64,000 nucleotides of DNA from a virus: positions 1 to 64,000 of the IMG/VR virus record IMGVR_UViG_3300045051_000978; one strand, 5' to 3'. The position numbers and the translations under genes are program-made. The notes beneath the pieces are model-generated. The model was given only the letters and a program-made list of their open reading frames with translations, had not been told where the DNA came from and made no database searches. Shown in pieces: positions 53,130-62,933 of this stretch; positions within the stretch are counted from its first letter, which is position 1; every line of letters begins with the position of its first letter.

Positions 53130-54113
53130 ATGCCCTGGAAATACTACTCATCGTCTGACGCGAGCGCTCCGACTCTCAGTGGAACCGCCGGAGATGCCAT
53201 CACCGTTCTCGACGCCTGTCTGATCAACGGCTACGGAGCCAAAACAGGTCTCGGATGGACGAAAGATTTCAGCGGCACGAATTTGGCCGTATACAGAATG
53301 GCCGCTGGAAACACGAGGTACTACCTTCGCGTTGACGACAACGCTCCAGTCTCAGCGACAGAGGCACGCCTTCAGGGCTACGAGACGATGTCCGACGCGA
53401 ACACCGGCACAAACGTGTTCCCGACCTCTGGATACTGCCATCTGCGCAAGTCCTCCGCTGCCAGCGTCACGACACGCTCCTGGGTTCTGGCGGGCGATGA
53501 GCGAACGTTCATCATGGCTGTCGCGTACACAGGCAGCTACTTCCTCAACGGCATCTATTTTGGAGAAATCTACAGCTACGTGCCCAACGACGCGTACGGC
53601 GTAGCTCTGATTGGCAGAACTACGGCCAACAGCGCCAACACGTACGCCGTTGACGCCTTGCACAGACTGGCTACCAGCGCCAGTATTGTAAACGACGTGA
53701 ACGGCCACTTTCTGGCTCGCGATACCACGGGCCTCGTTGTTGGGCAAGGTTTTGAGAAGAGACCAGCAAACAGTGCTACCGGAACCGCAGGTCTGGTCGC
53801 GCTGACAGGTGACTACCTGTTTCCAAATCCAGCTGATGGATCGGTTGCCATGGTCCCGATTTACGTCAGCTCCCTAGAATCAGCACAAGGTGTGCTGCGT
53901 GGCAGGCTGCGTGGCATGTGGTGCCAGTTGCACAGTAATTTTGCCGATTACTTTGCTGCTGGCGACACCTGGTCCGGGACAGGTGATTTGACCGGTAAGA
54001 CGTTTGTTTACGCCGGAAAAACCGCTACCAACTCAAGCGACGGGTCTACCCCGCCTTCCTACTCCACAGGACATCTTATTTTCGAGTACAGCGGAACGGT
54101 AGCACACCACTGA
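53130..54113 (+). CDS. tail-associated protein, paralog A
   Basis: SSDASAPTLSGTAG..ITVLDACLINGYG N-terminus. Confidence 0.8.
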   Translation: MPWKYYSSSDASAPTLSGTAGDAITVLDACLINGYGAKTGLGWTKDFSGTNLAVYRMAAGNTRYYLRVDDNAPVSATEARLQGYETMSDANTGTNVFPTSGYCHLRKSSAASVTTRSWVLAGDERTFIMAVAYTGSYFLNGIYFGEIYSYVPNDAYGVALIGRTTANSANTYAVDALHRLATSASIVNDVNGHFLARDTTGLVVGQGFEKRPANSATGTAGLVALTGDYLFPNPADGSVAMVPIYVSSLESAQGVLRGRLRGMWCQLHSNFADYFAAGDTWSGTGDLTGKTFVYAGKTATNSSDGSTPPSYSTGHLIFEYSGTVAHH

Positions 54114-54115
54114 CC

Positions 54116-55051
54116 ATGGCCTGGACCTACTATTCATCGGCGGATGCAGGAGCGCCAACGCTCAACGGAACAGTTGGCGCACTCATCACAGTTTTAGACG
54201 CGATCCTGATCAACGGATACGGGGCCAAGCCCGCAGCCGGATGGACGAAGCCGTTTTCAGGAACCAACGCCGCGGCCTACAGGATCAACGGCTCGTTTAC
54301 GAATTATTATTTCAGGGTCGATGACAACGCACCTGGTGCAGCTGGAGCCCGCGAGGCCCGCGTGACCATGTACGAAACGATGTCGGACGTAAACACCGGC
54401 ACCAACGCTTCCACGAACCGCTACGTCAGAAAATCAGGCACGCTGGACGCAACTGCCCGCACATGGAAAGCCGTGGCGGACGAAGTAACCCTGATCTTCT
54501 TCTGCTCTTTCGACAATTCCGCCGACTACAACGGAACGTACATCGGGCAGTTTTACAGCTACATGCCCAATGACCAGCACGGGGTAACCATCATTGCGCG
54601 CACATCGGAAAATCAGTCCGCATACACGCCAAATATCGAACAAGTCCTGCGTCTTGCGACAACAGCAGAAGCCGGCACGACTGTCGCTAAGTCTGTAAAC
54701 GGCATTACGCCAAACGTAAACGGTTTCAAAACGTGCGGACTCTACAGAAACGACGATTCACAGAGGTCACGCGGTCCGTACACCCTCCCGAATGCAGCAG
54801 ACGGGTCACTGGTATTGACTCCACTGTACATCAGTAACGTCGAGGGCGCGGACAAAACGCTACGCGGCAGAGTGCGCGGCCTATGGATACCACTGCACAG
54901 CAATCTCGACAGCGTTTTTGCCATCAACGACACCTGGTCTGGCACGGGTGACCTCGCCGGAAAAAGCTTTGTTTACGCCGGCAGCGCTGCAAGCGTAGGT
55001 GCAGGCGGCTTCATTGTCCTCGAAACCTCAAACACAGTCCCCAAAAACTGA
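54116..55051 (+). CDS. tail-associated protein, paralog B
   Basis: Full-length paralog of 53130-54113 (LRGR.RG.W, DTWSGTGDL). Confidence 0.8.
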   Translation: MAWTYYSSADAGAPTLNGTVGALITVLDAILINGYGAKPAAGWTKPFSGTNAAAYRINGSFTNYYFRVDDNAPGAAGAREARVTMYETMSDVNTGTNASTNRYVRKSGTLDATARTWKAVADEVTLIFFCSFDNSADYNGTYIGQFYSYMPNDQHGVTIIARTSENQSAYTPNIEQVLRLATTAEAGTTVAKSVNGITPNVNGFKTCGLYRNDDSQRSRGPYTLPNAADGSLVLTPLYISNVEGADKTLRGRVRGLWIPLHSNLDSVFAINDTWSGTGDLAGKSFVYAGSAASVGAGGFIVLETSNTVPKN

Positions 55052-55554
55052 TGCCAGACCAAGGTTCCATAGGACAGTCCGCCGGTTCTGTTTACGATCC
55101 GCGAATCGACCTTGGAGTTCCAAACTATCCAAAGGTCTACACAGGCTTGCGCATTCTTGGGTGCTTTGAACCAAACAACGAGCGCCTGTATTACGGCGGA
55201 CGCTTGGACACGGACGGCAACCCGCTACCGCCGTGTCTAAACATCCTCAATGGAGGGCGTATGCGCTTCGTGTTTCCCGTGTCCATCGGAACTCGAAGCG
55301 TCACGGTGAAGGTGCGCGAGACTTCCGACTTTATCAGCGCAGGCCGACGCCCGAAGTTGCGCGTTCTAGCCGACGCGGCCATGGGCATACCGACGACGCT
55401 TGAGGCGCAGGCACCGGTCGGTAGCGGTTGGTTCACGCTCGGACCGCTGACGTTTACAGCTCCAGCCACAGGCGCAATCGTCGTCGAGCTTGAATCCTTC
55501 AACGACAACAACGAGCAAAGCAACTGTCGCTGGGATTCTGTTCAGATAACGTGA
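55051..55554 (+). CDS. hypothetical virion-associated protein
   Basis: Coupled ORF in the tail operon. Confidence 0.7.
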   Translation: MPDQGSIGQSAGSVYDPRIDLGVPNYPKVYTGLRILGCFEPNNERLYYGGRLDTDGNPLPPCLNILNGGRMRFVFPVSIGTRSVTVKVRETSDFISAGRRPKLRVLADAAMGIPTTLEAQAPVGSGWFTLGPLTFTAPATGAIVVELESFNDNNEQSNCRWDSVQIT

Positions 55555-56081
55555 ACAGCGGTGATTTTACAGTCTGGCATTTCGGAGCGCCGCTGATTCA
55601 AGCCGGAACCAGCAGCGGCGAATTTATCGTCTGGAGCGACGACGCTCCTCTTGTTCAGCGCGCCGAGCCACCCGATCCAAGCACTGGTTACGTATACAGC
55701 GGCGACTTTTCAATCTGGGACGGGGAAGTTCCGATTCTACAGGTCGGAGCGTACAGTGGGGATTTTGCCTCCTGGCTCGATTCGGTACCGGTCGTTGCGT
55801 TTGGCAGCCTGCCCCCTGGACCGCCGTTCAATCGCCGAAGAGTCTGGATCGCCACGTACAACTCAGTCACACGCGCAACAAGCTACGTGTTTGCCAGGTT
55901 CACGTTCGAGCCGGCAAGCCTGGCTGGATGGGCTGTCGGACCCATCGTCGAGATCGTAGACCAGTTCACCTTTGAAGACGGCAGTCTTGCAAGCTGGACA
56001 GCTGAAGAGTGGTACGCTCCATTTGCGCTTCAACAGTTCGACTTCGAGGATTCCGACCTTTCAACCTGGGTAACCGCTTAA
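55551..56081 (+). CDS. hypothetical protein with SG(D/E)F..W repeats
   Basis: Four SG(D/E)F..W repeats and three F.FE...L..W repeats. Confidence 0.7.
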   Translation: MNSGDFTVWHFGAPLIQAGTSSGEFIVWSDDAPLVQRAEPPDPSTGYVYSGDFSIWDGEVPILQVGAYSGDFASWLDSVPVVAFGSLPPGPPFNRRRVWIATYNSVTRATSYVFARFTFEPASLAGWAVGPIVEIVDQFTFEDGSLASWTAEEWYAPFALQQFDFEDSDLSTWVTA

Positions 56082-56085
56082 ACCT

Positions 56086-56820
56086 ATGGGAGTCTCCATC
56101 CAAACCGTAACGCTACCCCACGGCGCAGACAAAACTGCCCGCATCTCTGAGGGGTTTATGGCGCACACACTCAGCGTAGGCAGTACGTGGAACAAGTTGC
56201 GCGTCTGCTTTCGGCTTGGCCTCGTTGCTCCCGACGACAGCTCGATCACAGGAACACCACGATTGCTCCTCGGCTTGTGCAGTGGAACGACAAACATCCC
56301 TGGATCACTCAGCGTAACCAATTCACTCCTGTTCAGGTCCACCACTGCAACGTGGGCTGTAGGCGGCGGAACTCTTGGCGTACTAGGCCACTGCTCGTTC
56401 AGCAGCGCCGACTGGGCCTCGTACCACAGCGGCACTACTCAGACGAGCATCACTACTGCCAACGGAGGGTGGTTTACGCGCATCGCCCGAACAACTCACC
56501 CGTCTCTGCCGGGCAGTTCCGTGATCATTCTGGAGATCGAGAAAGGCGGAACCTGGACCGGGCGTGTTGTTGCGCCATTTCCGTCATCGATTGGCCCGAA
56601 CATCACACCTACGATGGCGATGAACGCGATGCAGGCGTACGACTTTTCGTTGGTGCCCGCGCTGCTTGACCCGGCGAACTACTTGCTCGTCAGCACGAGC
56701 CTTGGAGCCAACCCTGTGCAGGAATCAACGCGAGGATACCTGGACAGCGTGTGCATGGCCTGGAATCGCTTGACGCAGAACATGGAATTCTGCGAGGTGA
56801 TCATCGGCCGCTACTTCTGA
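56086..56820 (+). CDS. hypothetical virion-associated protein
   Basis: Last ORF of the plus-strand tail operon. Confidence 0.72.
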   Translation: MGVSIQTVTLPHGADKTARISEGFMAHTLSVGSTWNKLRVCFRLGLVAPDDSSITGTPRLLLGLCSGTTNIPGSLSVTNSLLFRSTTATWAVGGGTLGVLGHCSFSSADWASYHSGTTQTSITTANGGWFTRIARTTHPSLPGSSVIILEIEKGGTWTGRVVAPFPSSIGPNITPTMAMNAMQAYDFSLVPALLDPANYLLVSTSLGANPVQESTRGYLDSVCMAWNRLTQNMEFCEVIIGRYF

Positions 56821-57245
56821 TCGAGAAGACTGTCTACGATTTGCCTGGCTTCGAGACGATACGAAGCGCGCATCCCGGCGAGCCGACCACGTTCAGCATC
56901 CATCTCGCGCTCCCGGCGCTCCACGTGCTTGCCTGCGAGGCGCTGGACTGCACGCTGAAGCGTCTGCAAAGCCACAGGAGGCAGGCGATTCTTGTCGAGA
57001 CCGCCGCCGATGCGCTCGATCAAAGCGTCCAGAGCGCCGTCAGGACCCAGGTCGAGGATCGGCTCAAGGTTGGTCGTGCCTTTGCCGCGCTGCGCCAGCC
57101 AGTCGCTGAGCGCTTGCAGGACATTGTCCGCGGCGTCGCCACGGTCCAGGGCCTGTTTGAGGGCCAGGAACTGCGGCGACAGGATGCCCGTCGGGTTTGT
57201 TGGCCCGCTGAGGTCGCTGAACTGCGCTGTAAACGCTTTAGGCAT
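56811..57245 (-). CDS. hypothetical protein
   Basis: Start MPKAFTAQF; C-terminal EARQIVDSLLD. Confidence 0.7.
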   Translation of the reverse strand: MPKAFTAQFSDLSGPTNPTGILSPQFLALKQALDRGDAADNVLQALSDWLAQRGKGTTNLEPILDLGPDGALDALIERIGGGLDKNRLPPVALQTLQRAVQRLAGKHVERREREMDAERGRLAGMRASYRLEARQIVDSLLDQK

Positions 57246-57549
57246 GGGTCGAATCCTTCCTGGGAGGCGCTTCGCGATCAAGCATTTCACGCCAGCCAAT
57301 CCGCCCCTGTTTGATCGACTGGTGCAGACCGACAGCGCATCCGCCAATGATCACGCCGATCAGGTGGTTGCGAAAGTTCCATCCTTCGAGGATGCAGAAG
57401 CCGACAGAACCGAGACCGATGCAGATGTACGGCACGGTCCAGTTCGGAATCTTGGGCGTGGCGCGCAACGGCACGCACACCAACATCAGCGCCACAGAGA
57501 GAAGTAGCGCTCCTGGAGCAGACGTGAGAAACGACGTGTCGTCCATCAT
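57238..57549 (-). CDS. holin-like membrane protein
   Basis: Three TM segments, KIPNWTVPYICIGLG, AVGLHQ, basic C-terminus. Confidence 0.7.
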   Translation of the reverse strand: MMDDTSFLTSAPGALLLSVALMLVCVPLRATPKIPNWTVPYICIGLGSVGFCILEGWNFRNHLIGVIIGGCAVGLHQSIKQGRIGWREMLDREAPPRKDSTHA

Positions 57550-58013
57550 GAGATAAATACGCCCCACTTCTTCTTTGGACACGACTCATGCGCGACCTTG
57601 GCCTTGGCCAAACAGACGCATTTGCACAGCCGACATTGAAAGTGAACGTACTCTTCGCAGACCCGGCACTCACCGAGGCGTTTACCGTACTCGGCAGCGT
57701 TTACAGTTTTGAAACCCTCCTTGGCGAACTTGGCCATGGACGTAGCGAACGCCGCGAGCGCCTGGTTCCAGGTCAACGGCACGACATCATCCGTCTGCTG
57801 CGCGCCGCAGCACCCTTCACGTGGACCCGTCTCGGAAACCGGAGCAGCGTACGGCCTGTCCTCGTGGTAGCCTGCACCGCCCACCGGCTCGAATTTGCGA
57901 ATTGGGCAGCCCACCGGGCTCTGCAACGGGTGCCCCTTCAGGCATACGCCACGCCAATGCTCGCAGGCTTGGCAAACAGGCAGCCTCTGGTAGAAAACGT
58001 CCCGCGAAACCAT
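57546..58013 (-). CDS. Cys-rich protein with duplicated RLxxCxxC domain
   Basis: RLPVCQACE...CP and RLGECRVCE...CRLCKC...CPKKKW. Confidence 0.72.
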   Translation of the reverse strand: MVSRDVFYQRLPVCQACEHWRGVCLKGHPLQSPVGCPIRKFEPVGGAGYHEDRPYAAPVSETGPREGCCGAQQTDDVVPLTWNQALAAFATSMAKFAKEGFKTVNAAEYGKRLGECRVCEEYVHFQCRLCKCVCLAKAKVAHESCPKKKWGVFIS

Positions 58014-58032
58014 GCCGTAGTTACCGGTTAGA

Positions 58033-59763
58033 ATGAGCGCGCAGGCCCTTACTGATCTGCTTTTGGAGGCGAATATCCTCAATCCGAAGGACTATGAGCG
58101 CCGTGTAGACATTTTGGCAGCGGACATCAACGACGAACGCATGGCGGCGTGGTTCACGCGCACCGTGAAGTTCATGATCCAGAACATGGATCAGCTGACC
58201 ACCCGCAGCTACAGGCCGGAGCCCAAGCCGCGCTACAACATCACGGGAGTTCACGGCACTTCCAACCCGTTCGTCGAAGTCGATCCGGAAGACCTGCCCG
58301 TCGAGCGCGGAAGCAAAGACCTGCTGACGATGCTGACGCAGCGCTCCGGAAACATTACCAAGCCGACCTGGTTTTCCAAGGAGCCTCCCACCAGCAAAAC
58401 GGTCGAGGTGGGCTACCAAAATCCTCCCACTGAAGACGAGCAGCGCAGTTTGCAGACGCGCATGCAGGCATCGGGAAGGAATCAGCCGATCAGCCAGGCG
58501 GACTGGGATCGATGGCAGGCGCAGCGCGGCAGCTTCGAGCGCGAGCAGGCTGAGCGCTTTCGCAACGCTCCAAAGTACACGCCACCACCTCCGCCTGCCG
58601 AGAAGGCCAAGCGCGCCAAGAAAGCCAAGCGCGCCGTCGCTGAAGCACTGCTTGAGAACGATCCGTCGGCGCTCGTCGGCGGCAGCTTCAAAGCGCTGAA
58701 AACAGCCGTAGACAAAAAAGAAGAGCCTGACGTTGTCGAGCGGGCGCTCTACGCCTTCATGTCCGAAAACGGCATCGACGCTGAGGACGTGAACGTAGCG
58801 CTGAACAGCCACCACCCAGACGAAGCACTCGTTGAGCTGGTGCGCGGGCTGACAGATCGCCCACCGCAGATGGTTGTGCAAGCACTGCGTAGTGCGGGTG
58901 AACAGCTCACAGCCTACGCAACAAAGCTGCACCATGAGCCCTGGCGTAAGACGATGGCGCAGGAGTTCAAACCGTTTACAAAAGGTTCTGGCAGAGACCT
59001 ACCATTTTCTGAACCCGCAGAGACACCGGAGTGGATGGCCAAACAGCAGGCGAGCGGAAAATCGCCCGAGGCGCTGTTCTTTGACCCGCTTCGCATCAAC
59101 TCCCGCCCTTTCTGGAGCAACCTGGAAGCCCTCGTCAGCTACCTGAACTACATGGCGCTGGCCGCGGTAGAGCTGGTAGACTCCGACTCCGAGGAAGAGC
59201 GCGCAGACGCAGAGAAAGGCCAGCAGCTGCTCGCTACGCTCGACAAAGGCAAAGCGGCCGACATCGACCTGTTCCTCAACCTGCTGAGCGCAGCGAAGGA
59301 GTTCGAGGACAACATTCCCAACATCCTGCTTCGACACAGCGCGAAGGTCATCGCGCAGTACGATAACCTGAAGCTGTACCAGCTCACTTCAGCCGAAGCC
59401 GTTCACGATTTTTCCAATCGGCAAACGACCTTCAGGCATCCTCCAAACAAGCGCAATTCAGCCGGACAGCCCGTCGCCGACTGGTGCACGAAAGACCTCG
59501 GCAATGCGAAAAGTTACCTAGGCTACGCAGACGGCGTCATGTACCAGGTATGGAAGGACGATCAGCCATACGTTCAGATCGCTGCGGGCGCAGGCACGAA
59601 CCAGGTGAAGAACGCTCACAATGAGACGATCAACGACCAAATCTTCACTGAAATTCTGCCAGTCCTGACCGCGTTGCCTGACCACGTCCTGAAGAGAATG
59701 GAAACGCCGAACACGCTTGAACGCGTTCGGCGTTATCGAGCAGAGCAAGGCCAGCGACGCTAG
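58033..59763 (+). CDS. large hypothetical protein with N-terminal LLE peptide
   Basis: MSAQALTDLLLEA; TAGTTA upstream; WCTK motif near the C-terminus. Confidence 0.82.
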   Translation: MSAQALTDLLLEANILNPKDYERRVDILAADINDERMAAWFTRTVKFMIQNMDQLTTRSYRPEPKPRYNITGVHGTSNPFVEVDPEDLPVERGSKDLLTMLTQRSGNITKPTWFSKEPPTSKTVEVGYQNPPTEDEQRSLQTRMQASGRNQPISQADWDRWQAQRGSFEREQAERFRNAPKYTPPPPPAEKAKRAKKAKRAVAEALLENDPSALVGGSFKALKTAVDKKEEPDVVERALYAFMSENGIDAEDVNVALNSHHPDEALVELVRGLTDRPPQMVVQALRSAGEQLTAYATKLHHEPWRKTMAQEFKPFTKGSGRDLPFSEPAETPEWMAKQQASGKSPEALFFDPLRINSRPFWSNLEALVSYLNYMALAAVELVDSDSEEERADAEKGQQLLATLDKGKAADIDLFLNLLSAAKEFEDNIPNILLRHSAKVIAQYDNLKLYQLTSAEAVHDFSNRQTTFRHPPNKRNSAGQPVADWCTKDLGNAKSYLGYADGVMYQVWKDDQPYVQIAAGAGTNQVKNAHNETINDQIFTEILPVLTALPDHVLKRMETPNTLERVRRYRAEQGQRR

Positions 59764-60263
59764 CGTGTAGCGCGGGCTTCCTTGATGAGACGGTCGAGCG
59801 TCGTATCGGGGCCGCGGGTGCTGGCAGCAGGCGCTGAACCACCGAGTCCCAGCTTGAAGCCTTCGGCCGCTCCAGTGACGAAGGCTTCGGCGTACTCGAC
59901 CTGACGAAGATCGACCTGCTGGTTGAGGAACAAGTCGAGGAACGCGGGGGCCGCGGTCAGCACGATCTGCGCTTCATCCGAGGTCAGCTCATTCAACCCG
60001 TTGGCATTGGCGATTGTCACCACGGAAGCAATGTCCCACTGCTGTTCGGTGACCAGATCGTTCAGCCCGCTGCTGATCTTCGTGAGCGTCGTACGGCTGG
60101 TGGCGTCCTTGCGCAGCTGCAACTTGACCGCCGTGTACGCTGCAAGGCGAGTTACCTTTTGTACACGATCCGGCGTGACGACCGTGGTTTGACCGCCGTT
60201 CGGCGAGGTGCATGCCGCGAAAACGACGGTGACGAGTCCGATGAGGAATAGGCGTAGTCTCAT
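59760..60263 (-). CDS. putative lipoprotein
   Basis: MRLRLFLIGLVTVVFAAC lipobox-like signal; GTTCT upstream. Confidence 0.75.
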   Translation of the reverse strand: MRLRLFLIGLVTVVFAACTSPNGGQTTVVTPDRVQKVTRLAAYTAVKLQLRKDATSRTTLTKISSGLNDLVTEQQWDIASVVTIANANGLNELTSDEAQIVLTAAPAFLDLFLNQQVDLRQVEYAEAFVTGAAEGFKLGLGGSAPAASTRGPDTTLDRLIKEARATR

Positions 60264-60282
60264 ACGCCCAATAGAACCAGGT

Positions 60283-60531
60283 CTACTGCCAGCGTCCAGG
60301 ACGATCCCTAGCCATCGTGTCGATCCACTCCGAGATGTCTTCGGCGTGCACCGACGAATTCTGGCTGGTCAGCCAGGCGCGGATGCGTGGCAGTGCAGTG
60401 CCGTTTTTCTTCGCAGTCTCCCAATTGTTGCGCCAGTCGAAACGCCCAAGCTCCTGCTCCACAAAATCGGACGCGACATCCTCGATGTCGTCGTGCCGGT
60501 AGCGCTGCATCAGTTCTGGTGTCAGGTCCAT
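60283..60531 (-). CDS. hypothetical protein
   Basis: ORF from ATG 60531 (MDLTPELMQ). Confidence 0.6.
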   Translation of the reverse strand: MDLTPELMQRYRHDDIEDVASDFVEQELGRFDWRNNWETAKKNGTALPRIRAWLTSQNSSVHAEDISEWIDTMARDRPGRWQ

Positions 60532-60557
60532 TGGGTTCTCCGTTCTATTTACTGTCG

Positions 60558-61271
60558 ATGGCAAGCGTTTGCGACATAACGGATGCCCTGGCTGAAGCCC
60601 AATTTTACGTGCTCCAGCGCATCAACCGGAAGTTCGAGGCACTGCGCCGCTTGGGGCAGCTTCTCGAACAACTGGGCGATTTGAGCAGTCTCATCCCGCA
60701 GATAGCGAACCTGATACCGGTAATCGACATCGATCTCAGCCTGTATACAAATCTTCGCTCCAACTGCCCATTCCTGAACCTGCCTGCTGCCAGCGAAGCG
60801 AGTCTGGAGAATTTGCGGCAGCAAGTGATCACGGCGTATTCGACGCTGACGGGGAATCTACTGAATCACCCCTGGATGCGCATGGGGCAGCTCCAGGATC
60901 AGCTGAGCAAGTACCAGCAGCAGGTGAACGCTGCCTTCGCCGAGGGTGGGCAGTACATCCAGTGTTTACAGGCCGCGTGCCAGACGGCGCGTGCCACAGG
61001 CCAGTTTCTGACCCGCGTCAGCCAGACTCAGATCGACGCCGAGTTTGCCCGCTTCGGTCGAAATTTCGTTGACAACGCCGGCCAAGTGCTGAATGACGCA
61101 GCCGCAGCAAAGTACGGTCAGGTTGTTGCTACTGTGAACCAGATGCGCGAGCTGGGCGCTGATGTCGGCACCGACTACAGGACGGCCAAAGCCGCGGTAA
61201 CTGCACAAACAGCTTCAACCGCAGTTCAAACGACGGATTCACCCAACACAAGTATCGCCACAGTTCCATGA
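60558..61271 (+). CDS. hypothetical helical protein
   Basis: ATG 60558 after TATTTA; coupled to the next ORF. Confidence 0.75.
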   Translation: MASVCDITDALAEAQFYVLQRINRKFEALRRLGQLLEQLGDLSSLIPQIANLIPVIDIDLSLYTNLRSNCPFLNLPAASEASLENLRQQVITAYSTLTGNLLNHPWMRMGQLQDQLSKYQQQVNAAFAEGGQYIQCLQAACQTARATGQFLTRVSQTQIDAEFARFGRNFVDNAGQVLNDAAAAKYGQVVATVNQMRELGADVGTDYRTAKAAVTAQTASTAVQTTDSPNTSIATVP

Positions 61272-61465
61272 GCACCCCCACCAATCCCAACAATCCTGCC
61301 GACGGCAAGCACGTCGTGATCCAAAACGGCCAGCGGGTCACCGGACCTGTGTCGGCTGACGAAGCCCAGAAGGAAGCGGCGCGTCGCAACAAGCTCACCG
61401 AGCAGACCGGACAACAGGTGCCTGAGGGGCAGCGCGCTCGCGTCGCCCAGAACATCTTCGGCTGA
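61268..61465 (+). CDS. small hypothetical protein
   Basis: 65 aa coupled ORF. Confidence 0.7.
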   Translation: MSTPTNPNNPADGKHVVIQNGQRVTGPVSADEAQKEAARRNKLTEQTGQQVPEGQRARVAQNIFG

Positions 61466-62199
61466 TGCAGAAGCCCGGCCAGCGCCCCATCAAGGGAGCC
61501 CAGAAGTTTCCCGCCAAAACTGCGCCGGCTGCCAAAAAGCCCGAGCCGCAGGAAACTGAAGTTGTCCCTTCGCCGGCTGTCCCTCCTCCGCCAAAATCGC
61601 GACGCCTGGTACCGACGCTATCGCCGCTGCCGACTTCACCCATTGAAGTCGTCAACAATGTCATCTGTCGCGACATCGTCGAAGAACCAGCGAACGACGA
61701 CCTGGACAAGGAGATTCCGCCTGATCCAACCATCGGTCTCCTGGAGTCTGTCGTCACTGGCGTCATCGACGGCAGCAGTCTCGAAGCGGTCAAGGACGAG
61801 GTAACGCGGCTGCTGGGTTGTCCGAGGGAGAAGTCCGACGTGATCGGCGCGCTCTTGCGCACGCACGACTACTACCGTGTCGCGCAGTGGGTGCGGGTGC
61901 GACACGACAACGAACGGCGCATCTTCAAAGCCAGCCAGCGCGGCGATCTGACCACCGCGGAGTCGCTCGCCTTCCTGCGTCTGGCGTGCGCTGAGATTTC
62001 CACCATCACGGCCAGCACGAAGGCCGAAACACATCCCGACTCAGGATCGATGGTGGACAAACTGGACAACGCGCAAGCGGAGCGCGACAAGCTGGCAGCG
62101 GAGAAGTACAAAGGCACGACGCCTCACGGGCGCGAGATCGTGCGCAAGAAGTTGGAAGCGGAGAAGAAGAAGCTCCTGGCCGAACGTTCGACCAGGTAA
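61465..62199 (+). CDS. hypothetical protein, terminase small subunit candidate
   Basis: 244 aa helical ORF upstream of the terminase; function inferred from position only. Confidence 0.65.
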   Translation: MQKPGQRPIKGAQKFPAKTAPAAKKPEPQETEVVPSPAVPPPPKSRRLVPTLSPLPTSPIEVVNNVICRDIVEEPANDDLDKEIPPDPTIGLLESVVTGVIDGSSLEAVKDEVTRLLGCPREKSDVIGALLRTHDYYRVAQWVRVRHDNERRIFKASQRGDLTTAESLAFLRLACAEISTITASTKAETHPDSGSMVDKLDNAQAERDKLAAEKYKGTTPHGREIVRKKLEAEKKKLLAERSTR

Positions 62200-62305
62200 T
62201 CTGTTCTTTGCAGTGTGCACTGCAAAGACCCGGCGGTAGGCCATCCCGTTCTATCCGGCTGCGTAGGCTGCCGGGCGTAACCATCGGCGGCTCTTTGCAG
62301 TCACG

Positions 62306-62686
62306 ATGGGAAAACGCCAGAGAAAATGGGCGCGCCGTGCGTATGAAAAGCTTATTCTCCAGCTCGGTGGAAGATGCGTTGTCTGTGGCTCTCTCCATAG
62401 CCTGTCCATCGATCACAAAGACGGCAAAGACTGGAGGGCCTGCAAAGTCGAGTGGAGTCACCGCATCAGCATTTATCGACGCGAAGCTCGCGCAGGACTT
62501 CTCCAGGTCATGTGCGTCAAGTGCAACAGCAAGAAGGGCGCACCCGAACTCCCAGTTTTCAACGACGCAGACGACGGACAGTACAGTTTGTTTACACCCG
62601 ACAACGATGCTGTCGGCGATGCGGACGAAAGCCTGCTTCCGCAACAACCGTACGACTGGGCACCGACTGATGACGCGCCGTTTTGA
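62306..62686 (+). CDS. HNH endonuclease
   Basis: CVVCG, IDHKDG, LQVMCVKCNSKKG. Confidence 0.82.
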   Translation: MGKRQRKWARRAYEKLILQLGGRCVVCGSLHSLSIDHKDGKDWRACKVEWSHRISIYRREARAGLLQVMCVKCNSKKGAPELPVFNDADDGQYSLFTPDNDAVGDADESLLPQQPYDWAPTDDAPF

Positions 62687-62690
62687 GGTG

Positions 62691-62933
62691 ATGCCTGGCG
62701 CGTGCATTTCGGCAAACGAACTGAAGGTGCTTCACGCGGTTCGCGAGCTTCCGAACAAGTCCGCAGACTACATCAGTGCCGCGCTCGGCCTGAGTTCGCG
62801 CAGGCTCAGCGCCACCCTGCGCAGGCTCAAAAACGACGGATTTGTAAGGATCAGGTACGCACCTATGTGCGTATACACTTTAACCGCGAAGGGCTTTTCT
62901 GTCTGTGAGCACGCGCAAGCAAACCAAGACTGA
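62691..62933 (+). CDS. winged-helix DNA-binding protein
   Basis: SADYISAALGLSSRRLSATLRRLKNDGFV...YTLTAKG. Confidence 0.7.
   Translation: MPGACISANELKVLHAVRELPNKSADYISAALGLSSRRLSATLRRLKNDGFVRIRYAPMCVYTLTAKGFSVCEHAQANQD

Noticed and set aside
62306-62686. HNH gene as a novel system
   Set aside because: HNH endonucleases next to terminase genes are common in phages.
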